Origin: Heptranchias perlo
Taxonomy: Eukaryota
Length of the DNA stretch: 64,000 nt
Direction of reading: 5' to 3'
Assembly: GCF_035084215.1 (NCBI RefSeq)
Contig: NC_090350.1
Coordinates: 26,722,001-26,786,000 of the forward strand
The notes under the pieces were generated by a model that saw only the letters and a list, made by a program, of their open reading frames with translations, ran no database searches and was not told where the DNA came from. Positions 25,637-35,877 of this stretch are shown here, one piece after another. The position numbers were made by a program, and so were the translations under genes. The stretch's first letter is position 1; every line of letters begins with the position of its first letter.

Positions 25637-25666
25637 CTTGTGTGTTTCAGCTAGCTGAGAACTTTT
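25637..25666 (-). pseudogene. 30-nt pseudo-exon KSSQLAETHK
   Basis: ttttcatttggtttacag acceptor, AAG|gttcgt donor, phase 0/0. Confidence 0.55.
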
Positions 25667-25799
25667 CTGTAAACCAAATGAAAAGTTTTAGGGGCTTCAA
25701 TGTACATTTAACAACCAAGTGTGAAGTGAAGACTCTTTTACACTTAAGAAGAAAATAATTTGAATCAATTTTCCCAAAGAACTTAAGCCAAATAAACAT

Positions 25800-25980
25800 G
25801 TTTATGCAAGTCTGACAGGAGTATGACAAATTTTTTCAATGAACGAACGGCAATTCCTTTAAACAGATTGTCTCCTTATTCTCTCAGGATAAGGCCAACC
25901 TTTAACTTTAAGCATTACAGCAACGGTGCCCCAATTGTTTCCCTTTAGAAGTGGTGCTGGGTTGATGGGTGCAGCAGGGA
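25800..25980 (-). pseudogene. Pseudo-exon remnant (PAAPINPAPLLKGNNWGTVAVMLKVKGWPYPE...) truncated by CR1
   Basis: Protein-like frame abuts the CR1 3' tail directly; no acceptor remains. Confidence 0.45.
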
Positions 25981-26088
25981 ACATAGGAACATAGGAACAT
26001 AAAAACATAGAAAATAGGAGCAAGAGTAGGCCATTCGGCCCTTCGTGCCTGCTCCGCCATTCAAAATGATCATGGCTGATCATCGAAC

Positions 26089-28928
26089 TCAGTACCCTGT
26101 TCCAGCTTTTTCCCCATATCCCTTGATCCCTTTAGCATTAAGAAAGATATCTATCTCCTTCTTGAATACATCTAATGACTTGGCCTCCACTGCCTTCTGT
26201 GGTAGAGAATTCCACAGGTTCACCACCCTCTGAGTGAAGAAATTTCTCCTCATCTCGGTTCTAAATGGCATACCCCGTATCCTGAGACTGTGACCCCTGG
26301 TTTCTGGACTCCCCAGTCATCGGGAACATCCTCCCTGCATCTAGTCTGTCTAGTCCTGTTAGAATTTTATATGTTTCGATGAGATCACCTCTCATTCTTC
26401 TAAACTTTAGTGAATATAGGCCTAGTCGACCCAATCTCTCCTCATACATCAGTCCTGCCATTCCAGGAATCAGTCTGGTAAACCTTTGTTGCATTCCCTC
26501 CATGGCAAGGACATCCTTCCTCAGATAAGGAGATCAAAACTGCACACAATACTCCAGATGTGGTCTCACCAAGGCCCTATATAACTGCAGTAAGACATCC
26601 CTGCTTCTGTACTCAAATCCTCTTGCAATGAAGGCCAACATACCATTCGCCTTCCTAACTGCTTGCTGCACCTGAATGCTCGCTTTCAGCGACTGGTGTA
26701 CAAGGACACCCAGGTCTCGTTGCACCTCCCCTTTTCCCAATCTATCACCATTCAGATAATAATCCGCCTTTCTGTTTTTACAACCAAAGTGGATAACCTC
26801 ACATTTATCCACGTTATACTGCATCTGCCATGTTCTTGCCCACTCACCCAACTTGTCTAAATCACATTGGAGCCTCTTTGCATCCTCCTCACAGCTCACA
26901 TTCCACCCCAGCTTTGTGTCATCTGCAAACTTGGAAATGTTACATTTAGTTCCCTAATCCAAATCATTGATATATATTGTGAATAGCTGGGGCCCAAGCA
27001 CTGATCCCCGTGGTACCCCACTAGTCACTGCCTGCCACCCGGAAAAAGACTCGTTTATTCCTACTCTCTGTTTCCTGTCTGTCAACCAATTCTCAATCCA
27101 TGCCAGTATATTCCCCCCAATCCCATGTGCTTTAATTTTGCACACTAACCTCTTGTGTGGGACCTTAACAAAAGCCTTCTGAAAATCCAAATACACCACA
27201 TCCACTGGTTCTCCCCTATCTATTCTACTAGTTACCTCCTCAAAAAACTCCAGTAGATTTGTTAAGCATGATTTCCTTTTCATAAACCCATGCTGACTTT
27301 GTCCAATCCTGTTAATGCCCTCCAAGTGTTCTGTTATCACTTTTTTTACAATTGACTCTAGTATTTTCCCCACTACTGATGTTAGGCTAACTGGTCTGTA
27401 ATTCCCTGCTTTTTCTCTCCCTCCTTTTTTAAATAGTGGGGTTACATTTGCCACCCTCCAATCTGAAGGAATTGTTCCAGAATCTATAGAATTTTGGAAG
27501 ATGATCACCAATGCATCCATTATTTCCAGGGCCACTTCCTTTAGTACTCTGGGATGTAGATTATCAGGCCCTGGGGATTTGTCAGCCTTTAGCCCCATTA
27601 ATTTCCACAGCACTTTTTTTTACCAATACTGATTTCCTTCAGTTCCTCCCTCTCACTAGACCTTAGTTCCCTAACATTTCTGGCAAGTTATTTGTGTCCT
27701 CCTTTGTGAAGACAGAACCGAAGTATGTGTTTAATTGTTCTGCCATTTCTTTGTTCCCCATTATAATTTCTCCCATTTCTGACTCTAAGGGACCTACATT
27801 TGTCTTCACTAATCTTTTTCTCTTGACATATTTATAGAAGCTTTTACAGTCAGTTTTTATGTTCCCTGCTAGTTTACTCTCATACTCTATTTTTCCCCTC
27901 TTAATCAATCTCTTTGTCCTCCTTTGTTGAATTCTGAACTGTTCCCAATCCTCAGGCTTGCTGCTTTTTCTGGCAATTTTATATGCCTCCTCTTTAGATA
28001 TAATACCATCCCGAATTTCTTTTGTAAGCCATGATTGAGCCATCTTTCCTGTTTTATTTTTGCGCCAGACAGGAATGAATAATTGTTGTAATTCCTGCAC
28101 ACGTTCTTTAAATATTAACCATTGCCTATCCACCGTCATCCCTTTTAGTAAAGTTCCTCAATCTATCATAGCCAACTCGCACCTCATACTTTCGTAATTT
28201 CCTTTTTTTACATTCAGGACCCTAGTTTCGGATTCAACTACTTCACTCTCCATCTTAATGAGGAATTCTATCATGTTATGGTCGCTCTTTCCTAAGGGAC
28301 CCCGCACAACAAGATTGTTAATTAATCCTTTCTCATTGCACAATACCCAGTCTAGGATCGTCTGTTCTCTAGTTGGTTCCTCAATGTATTGGTCTAGAAA
28401 TCCATCACGTACACACTCCAGGAATTCCTCCCCCATAGTATTCTTGCTAATTTGGTTTGACCAATCTATATGTATATTAAAGTCACCCATGATTTTAGTT
28501 GTACCCTTATTGCATGCGTCTCTAATTTCCTGTTTAATGCCCTCCCCTACATCTCCACTACTGTTTGGGGGCCTATAGACAACCCCCATCAACGTTTTCT
28601 GCCCCTTGGTGTTTCTTAGCTCCACCCATACAGATTCCACATTGTGATTTTCCGAGCCAATATCCTTCCTCACTATTGCATTGATTTCCTCCTTTACTAA
28701 CAACGCTACCCCACCTCCTTTCCCTTTTTGCCTGTCCTTCCTAAATGCAGAATACCCCCGGATGTTCAGTTCCCATCCTTGGTCACCCTGCAGCCATGTC
28801 TCCGTAATTGTAACTATATCATAACTGTTAATATCTATCTGCGCTGTTAATTCATCTAACTTGTTGCGAATGCTCCGTGCATTAAGACACAATGCCTTTA
28901 GACTTGTCTTTTTAAGATTGGTAGTCAT
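26089..28928 (-). pseudogene. CR1 ORF2 (APE endonuclease + reverse transcriptase), inactivated
   Basis: Six ORF pieces; nonsense codons at about 28158, 27663, 26954 and 26534, frameshifts near 27615 and 26300; motifs NARSI, GDFN, SDHN, YRPVSL, GSVLGP. Confidence 0.93.
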
Positions 28929-29077
28929 CTTAATATTATTTTGTACTATGGCCCTATTTGTTTTTTGCCCTTGTTTTCTCTGCCTTCCACTATTGCTTCT
29001 TCCCTTTCTGACTTTTGTTTCTATTCTGGTTTCCCTCTCCTCTGTCTCCCTGCTCAGGTTCCCATCCCCCTACCATT

Positions 29078-30028
29078 CTAGTTTAAACCTTCCCCAACAG
29101 CACTAGCAAACACCCCCGCGAGGACATCAGTCCCGGTCCTGCTCGGGTGTAACCCGTCACGGTTGTACAGGTCCCACCTTCCCCAAGACCGGTCCCAATG
29201 TCCCAGGAATCTAAATCCCACCCTCCTACACCATCCCTTCAGCCACGCATTCATCTGGTCTATTCCCCTGTTCCTATACTCACTAGCACGTGGCACTGAT
29301 AGTAATCCTGAGATCACTACCTTTGAGGTCCTGCTTTTTAATTTATCTCCTAACTCCTTGAATTCACCTTGCAGGTCCTCATCCCTTGTTTTACCTATGT
29401 CGTTGGTACCGATATGGACCACGACTACTGGCTGTTCACCCTCCCCCTCCAGAATGCCCTGAAACCGCTCCGTGACATCCTTGACCCGAGCACCAGGGAG
29501 GCAACATACCATCCTGGAGTCACGTTTGCGGCCGCAGAAACGCCTATTTGTTCCCCTTACATTTGAATCCCCTATCAATATAGCCCTGACATTCTTATTT
29601 CTCCCTTCATGTGCAGCAGAGCCATCCGTGGTGCCTCGAACTTGGCTCTTGCTGCTTTCCCCTGATAAGCCATCTCCCCCAACAGTACCCAAAGAGGTAT
29701 ATCTGTTTGAGAGGGAGTTGGCCCCGGGGGACTCCTGCTCTACCTGCCTAGTCCTTTCACTCTGCCTGGCGGTCACCCATTTCCTTTCAGCCTGAGTAAT
29801 CTTTAGCTGCGGTGTGACCACCTCACTGAACGTGCTATCCACGATAATCTCAGCATCGCGGATGCTCCACAGTGAATCCACCCGCAGCTCCAGCTCCAAA
29901 ATGCGGTTAGCCAGTAGCTGCAGCTGGACACGCTTCCTGCACACATGGTCGCCAGGTACACCAGTAGCGTCCATGACTTCCCACATAGTGCAGGAGGAGC
30001 ATATCATGGGTGCGAGCTCTGCTGCCAT
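29078..30028 (-). CDS. CR1 ORF1p: Zn-finger/coiled coil + SGNH esterase domain, open (316 aa)
   Basis: MAAELAPMICSSCTMW...CRKRVQLQLLANRILELELRV; esterase blocks IGDSNVR, VHIGTND, DGLHPS. Confidence 0.88.
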   Translation of the reverse strand: MAAELAPMICSSCTMWEVMDATGVPGDHVCRKRVQLQLLANRILELELRVDSLWSIRDAEIIVDSTFSEVVTPQLKITQAERKWVTARQSERTRQVEQESPGANSLSNRYTSLGTVGGDGLSGESSKSQVRGTTDGSAAHEGRNKNVRAILIGDSNVRGTNRRFCGRKRDSRMVCCLPGARVKDVTERFQGILEGEGEQPVVVVHIGTNDIGKTRDEDLQGEFKELGDKLKSRTSKVVISGLLSVPRASEYRNRGIDQMNAWLKGWCRRVGFRFLGHWDRSWGRWDLYNRDGLHPSRTGTDVLAGVFASAVGEGLN

Positions 30029-30049
30029 GACTTGCCTTAAATTTACACT

Positions 30050-31305
30050 GCGTTTCACTTCTCGGGCTCTCTTCCCGCTCTCTAGACACTCCTTTTACAC
30101 TGCGCTCACCTCTCAGACTCTCCTTTTACACTGCGCTCACCTCTCAGACTCTCCTCTCGCTCTCGGACTCTCCTCTCGCTCTGGGACTGTCCTCTCGCTC
30201 TGGAACTCTCCTCTTACACCACGCTCACCTCTCAGACTCTCCTCCCGCTCTCGGGCTCCCCTCCTACCCTCGGACTCTCCTTTTATACTAGGCTCACCTC
30301 TTGAACTCTCCTTTTACACTGCGCTCATCTCTTGGACTCTCCTCCCGCTCTCGGACTCTCCTTTTATACTAGGCTCACCTCTCGAGCTCTCTTTTTACAC
30401 TGCGCTCACCTCTCTGATTCTCCTCTCACTCTCGGACTCTCCTCCCGCTCTCGGACACTCCTCTTACACCGCGCTCATCTCTTGAACTCTCCTCTCGCTC
30501 TCGGACTCTCCTCTTACACCGCGCTCACCTCTCGGACTCTCCTCCCGTTCTCAGACTCTCCTCTTACACCGCGCTCACCTCTCGGATTCTCCTCTCGCTC
30601 TCGAACTCTCCTTTTACACTGTGCTCACCTCTTGGACTCTCCTCCCGCTCTCGGACTCTCCTTTTATACTAGGCTTACCTCTCAAACTCTCCTTTTACAC
30701 TGCGCTCATCTCTTGGACTCTCCTCTCGCTCTCGGACTCTCCTCCTGCTCTCGGACTCTCCTCCCACTCTCGGACTTTCCTCTTACACCGCGCTCACCTT
30801 TCAGACTCTCCTCTTACACCGCGCTCACCTCTCGGACTCTCCTCCCACTCTCAGACTCTCCTCTTACACCGCGCTCACCTCTCGGACTCTCCTCCCACTC
30901 TCAGACTCTCCTCTTACACCGTGCTCACCTCTCGGACTCTCCTCCCACTCTCAGACTCTCCTCTTACACCGTGCTCACCTCTCGGACTCTCCTCCCACTC
31001 TCAGACTCTCCTCTTACACCGCGCTCACCTCTCGGACTCTCCTCCCACTCTCAGACTCTCCTCTTACACCGCGCTCACCTCTCGGACTCTCCTCCCACTC
31101 TCAGACTCTCCTCTTACACCGCGCTCACCTCTCGGACTCTCCTCCCACTCTCAGACTCTCCTCTTACACCGCGCTCACCTCTCGGACTCTCCTCCCACTC
31201 TCAGACTCTCCTCTTACACCGCGCTCACCTCTCGGACTCTCCTCCCACTCTCAGACTCTCCTCTTACACCGTGCTCACCTCTCGGACTCTCCTCCCGCTC
31301 TCACA
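30050..31305 (-). repeat. Tandem array of 50-bp monomers (19+31 bp subunits) in the CR1 5' UTR
   Basis: Plus-strand unit ctcggactctcctcccactctcagactctcctcttacaccgcgctcacct; about 10 near-perfect copies at 30780-31300, diverged copies toward ORF1. Confidence 0.95.
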
Positions 31306-31310
31306 CTCCT

Positions 31311-31730
31311 CGAACAGGAGTAGCCCATTCAGCCCCTCATGCCTGTTCCGCCATTCAATTAGATCATAGCTGTTCTGTATCTTAACTCCATCTATCCGCC
31401 TTGTTTCCATAACCCTTACTACCGTTGCCTAACAAAAATCTATCAATCTCAGTTTTGAAACTGGGGGCAGAATTTCAGATTCTCACTGCCTTTTGTGTGA
31501 CAAAGTGCTTCCTGACATCACCCCTGAACGACCTAGCTCTAATTTTAAGATTATGCCCTCTTGCTTTGGACTCACCCACCCGAGGAAATAGCTTCTCTCT
31601 ATCTACCCTATCGGCACCTTTAATCGTCTTAAACACCTCAATTAGATAACCCCTTAATATTGTATACTCAAGGGAATACAAGCTTGAGTATACAATGCAA
31701 CCTGTCCTAATAATTTAAGCCTTGTAGCAC
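31311..31730 (-). mobile_element. CR1 3' fragment lacking its tail
   Basis: ORF 31475-31681 LIEVFKTIKG...RGHNLKIR. Confidence 0.85.
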
Positions 31731-32099
31731 AGGGTCGGGAGGGGGAGGGGGAACAGAGATTTTAACCACCCAGGTATGATTCTCCTATTATACTGGAATT
31801 TTCAGACAGTGGAAGACTAAATGTGTTGCACCAGATGTTAAACCATAATGTAAAGTATCAATCGCCAGACTTGGATCAAAACATGCGATGCTAGTTTCTT
31901 TTTATATTAAAAAAATTCAACCATTTTTGAACTTGATCGGAGAGGCCAATGTATCTCATACATTGCAAAAATATGAACATTTTTCAGTTGCTGAGTCTCA
32001 TCTTTTTGAAACTACTCACACTCTCTGCAGAATATTTTATTTTCATTTTTGTTGCCTGATCTATTTTGATCTTTATTGTTTAAAAAATGAATCTCGGAC

Positions 32100-32400
32100 A
32101 TCAGGGATTGACTTTCCAGGTTTGATCCCGTCTGTGATGATTTCACTGATCTCATTCAGGACAGTGAAAGGCAAGCTACAATTGGCCTCAACATCGCCAG
32201 GCTAAGTAGGGGAAAGATCAGCTTGGTTTCTCAAATGTAATTGCATCCCAATGGGTATAGGAGCGTATTTATGTTGACATCACATAATTGAGGTCGCCTG
32301 TCGACGCAAGGCTTATACATGAAGAACAGGCACTTGGGCACGGTACCTATGGTACTGTATCCTAGCATGATACAGTGTCCTCAGCAGAGAGATGGGGAGA
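32100..32400 (+). mobile_element. Ancient SINE-like repeat copy
   Basis: ccaggtttgatccc...ctgatctc...ctacaattggcctca...catgaagaacaggcacttgggcacggtacc; homologous to the inverted copy at 58900-59250. Confidence 0.55.
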
Positions 32401-32609
32401 ATTACAAAAAAAGTAGTTACATTGTTTACATATTTCAACTTGTACCATTGAACTTTAGCTCGAATTTTGAGAGATATCTCTAAATTGAGTCTTATACTTT
32501 AGTTTCATAATGTATATTTAACATACATTTTACCCAGTTGTTCAAGATCTCTGTCAGTTCTTGTCTTTATGACATATGGACTAGAAATCCCACTGAACCT
32601 CTGATGCAC

Positions 32610-33390
32610 AATATCACAAGATAAATATGAACGAGGAAGGCCATTCAACCTGTTTTAGTTTATCCATTCAGAAAAATCGTACGGTCCCCTCCATTGCGAC
32701 ACCCAACTGCTTCTTAAATAATTCCAGGGTTTTCAGCTCCACTACACTACTCAGAAGTCCCCATTCCATATGTCGATCACTCTCTGTGTGATGAAGAACT
32801 TCCTGACATCAGTCCTAAATTTGTATTTAAGTAGTTTGAGCCTGTATATCCTTGTCCTACTCTCCAATTTAACAAGATCATTTTCTAGATCTAACTTTTA
32901 CCATCTTATATACCTCTAAAAGTTCACCTCTCAGTTATCCGCCTTTCAAGGCTGAAAAGCCCAATTTTCTCTTTCCTCTTTCTCAATCTTTCCTTATAGC
33001 TCAGTCCATCCATACTAGGACATAGCCTTGTGGCTATCCTCTGGACTATCTCCTTGTGTCTAGATGACCAGGACTGGATATAGTACACAAGATGTAGTCT
33101 GACCAGAGCAACATACAGTTTGAACATGACTTCCTCTGATTTGCAGCTACTCTTTTGGCTTATAATTCAGCATTCTATTTCGTTATGTTAATGGATGCTC
33201 TGCAGTAGTTGGATATGTTGAGCATCAAGACTGTTAGGACCCTTAGATCACTTTCAACATCGCCCGTAGCTATTTAAAAACAATTCATGTAGTATGTGTG
33301 TTGCCCTTTTATCTTTCTATGTGCAGTATTTTACATTAAAATGTAATCTACCATTGTTCCATCCATTTACATATTTTGTCCAACTCATGC
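32610..33390 (-). mobile_element. CR1 3' fragment, degraded
   Basis: ORF 32924-33127 KLYVALVRLHLVYYIQSWS...GLFSLERR. Confidence 0.8.
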
Positions 33391-33900
33391 ATGGAGTTTG
33401 TAAAATTCGTAATTCTGAAAAACTCCATGCATGTGTGACATTGATATAATCCAACTTTCCTAAAGTAATTTTATTAAAAGTTATGGAAAGAATATAAATT
33501 TAATTACAAATCTGATTTGCTATAAACATCCAATTTTCAATTGAGGAGAGATGAACTCATATTGTCATGCCATTTCATCTTGGATGTCATAATGCAATCA
33601 TCATTAGGCAAAAGACACACAATATGGTGAGCATCTGCAGTGTTTTGTAAAAATGTTTTAATTAAAAATAAATAGAACTGATGTTTGAATGGAAGTAACA
33701 GTACTGAATGTGGTCATGTGCTTTCATCACAGTTTAAATACCTGAGGCTGCCCCAGTAACCTTATGGCACTAAGATGGTTATTAGGTTTAATATCACTCA
33801 ACGGAATGTTGTTTTTAAACCATCATTGGCTGACATGTATCCTTTTATATAAAAAAGTCTCTTCTTTCCTCTTGAAAAATATTTTTTAAATTGAAAGTAC

Positions 33901-33952
33901 CATTTGCCAACATTCCTTTCATGATCCTTGAGAAAATATGGACCACTGCAAA
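33901..33952 (-). pseudogene. Candidate pseudo-exon CSGPYFLKDHERNVGK
   Basis: gttttctttgcattag acceptor, gtactt donor, open frame. Confidence 0.45.
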
Positions 33953-34034
33953 CTAATGCAAAGAAAACATCCATCAAGCCAAAGACTTACATAACACATT
34001 TCAAGAAAGAAACAAAGCCACTATGAAAAGGAAT

Positions 34035-34219
34035 ACACTCAAATTTCAATTGTCCATATATTGCTTTATTCTTTTTTTATTGTTTTTATTTGTATGTCAT
34101 ATTTATCAAGGCAAAGAATGTAGTGCTGCAGAATTTAATATTTATCTGCTTTGCTCCCACTATCAACATCAAGTAATCTTCCAGTCCTCCACATTGCTCT
34201 GAGAATAGTGAGCTACCAC
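34035..34219 (-). pseudogene. Candidate pseudo-exon LTILRAMWRTGRLLDVDSGSKADKY*ILQHYILCLDKYD
   Basis: attctaaag acceptor; protein-like frame with stops; donor not located. Confidence 0.4.
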
Positions 34220-34325
34220 CTTTAGAATATTTGGTATATATATTCATAAACGCACGAGGCATGAGAATTACTCAATATTACAGTAAGAATGCTACTATAG
34301 TGTTTATCTTTATATTAAAGTTACT

Positions 34326-34492
34326 GGCCCTGAAATTCCATGGAGATTCTTACGTTCTCCTGCCATAAATCCAGCAGCAGACCAGCAGAACTTCTGCAAA
34401 CAGCTGTAGACACCATTTCCCTGGAGGTTCTGTCGATCTCTGGGCAGAGTTATGGTGGGAGACTGGTGAAACCTCCATAGAATATCAAGGCC
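34326..34492. mobile_element. Short MITE
   Basis: Ends GGCCCTGAAATTCC / AGAATATCAAGGCC; partial relative near 6690-6758. Confidence 0.55.
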
Positions 34493-34528
34493 TTTGTGTC
34501 TTTTGTGCACGTCAAGTCTGCCACCTAC

Positions 34529-34671
34529 TCTGTGACTGTCAAACGATTGTTTTTTGCGCTTTTCATTGGTTAAATTTTCAAGTCTCTGTATTTTTCTCCT
34601 AATTGGTTATTTTTATTTGTTCATCAATCCTATTGTGCAACTTCTTTCTTTGCAATTTCTCCAATCACATA
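34529..34671 (-). pseudogene. Candidate pseudo-exon (LEKLQRKKLHNRIDEQIK.../IRRKIQRLENLTNEKRKKQSFDSHR)
   Basis: tatttggtag acceptor, gtaggt donor; charged coiled-coil-like translation with a frameshift. Confidence 0.35.
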
Positions 34672-35326
34672 CTACCAAATATAATGCATCCCAATGGGGG
34701 TACTCTTGACTTTGGGTGATTGTGTAAAATGTGCAATATCAACTCAGCCGCCCATTATACATCTCTCCCGATTTTCATTTCCATTGACTTAATTGGAGCA
34801 ATACAGAAAGAAAACGTAGTTGGAGGAGAGAGAGAGAGAAAAAGAAAAATGGCCCTGCTTATGTAGGAAGCGAAAAGAGAGAGGGAGACACACCTTACTT
34901 TGAGAGGGTAGAGAGAGAAAACCTAATGAGGAGGGAAAGATCTTTTAGCGAGAGTAAGAGAGAGACCCTGTTGAATGAAGAACAAGAAGGGGTAGAGACA
35001 GGGAAAGAAACCCTTTTGTGGGGAGGGAGCACCAATGGCTCTGCAGGGAGCAGAAGGAACAGTTGTTGTCAGGGGTTAGTAGGCCCATGTTATAAACAGC
35101 ACTTCTGACATTGTAGGAAACGCCACAGGAGATCCAGCAGGTAATATAAGGTGCTGCTTTCTTGCTTGGGTGCTGCTAGTGCAGAGCAACACATGCAAAC
35201 ACAATGGCCCACAGCCTCTGATTTTCCAATCAGGGAATCAGCCTTATAATTCACATATTAAGTTTTACAAATTCACATTCTCAATGGAAAGCTTCACCTG
35301 GTGGGAACACCAAATTCAGAAAGTTT

Positions 35327-35660
35327 ACCTTGTTATCATAACTTTGCAGGTAACCTAAACTGTTCTTGAAAAAAAGCCCCAGTCTCTCTTCTCTTTCTGC
35401 AGTCTCTTTTCTATTCCTCTCCCTTTCCTGAATTTATGTAATTACCTGTTAGTATTCACTAAGTGACCATCTATTTCAGAGAGTCACAGCCAAGGAGGTA
35501 CAAAACCTGTTCATCACGGGAAAAGTTTCAAAAGACTTTTTGTGATTTTTTTTAACCGGTCAGCATTGCATAAACTTCAATTCTGTAATCCCTTTCATTT
35601 TGCTTATTTTCCACTTTTCACACTTTCTCAGGACATGGTTTGATGTAAAGGACAGTTACA
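35327..35660 (-). pseudogene. Candidate 5'-most pseudo-exon (...GFVPPWL...ERLGLFFKNSLGYLQSYDNK)
   Basis: AAG|gtaaac donor; protein-like pieces in shifting frames; start not defined. Confidence 0.3.
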
Positions 35661-35877
35661 GATTTTACAATGCTTGTAGGTATAAACAATGATACAGTTA
35701 TAGTTTGATACATTAGAGTAGGGGGTTATGGTGATAGGACCAGGGTCATTACTAATCAGGGATTTGTGGGAGGTGGGGGGAGGGTGCGGGGGTGAGATGC
35801 TGCGATAAGTTGAGGCAGCAGAAGCCCTGTGGGAGATTGAATGGAATGCTGTGTAGTTAGCCCTTGGATCAGGTCGG

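Larger units (their letters stand above)
25981..31310 (-). mobile_element. Full-length CR1 LINE (5' tandem array, ORF1, disrupted ORF2, (CCTATGTT)n tail)
   Basis: Contiguous ORF1, endonuclease and RT ORFs; 8-bp tail repeats at 25981-26010; no clear TSD. Confidence 0.95.
9202..35660 (-). pseudogene. Decayed multi-exon gene for a large unidentified protein with a C-proximal ankyrin-like motif
   Basis: Series of AG...GT-bounded minus-strand segments with protein-like translations and mostly matching exon phases (e.g. ETHK|VLLEAT, ..IS|LKIK, AFNETS|QPYIDG, AAFFI|EVRCW, IALAG|LENELD, TLYT|VT). Many in-frame TAA/TAG/TGA codons, some frameshifts and mutated splice sites, and TE insertions inside exons. 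Confidence 0.75.

Noticed and set aside
30780-31300. CRISPR-like periodicity
   Set aside because: Head-to-tail repeats with no unique spacers, no cas genes, eukaryotic context.
29814-31385. Long plus-strand ORFs (223, 345 and 254 aa, Leu/Ser-rich)
   Set aside because: Artefacts of a stop-free 50-bp tandem repeat antisense to the CR1 5' UTR.
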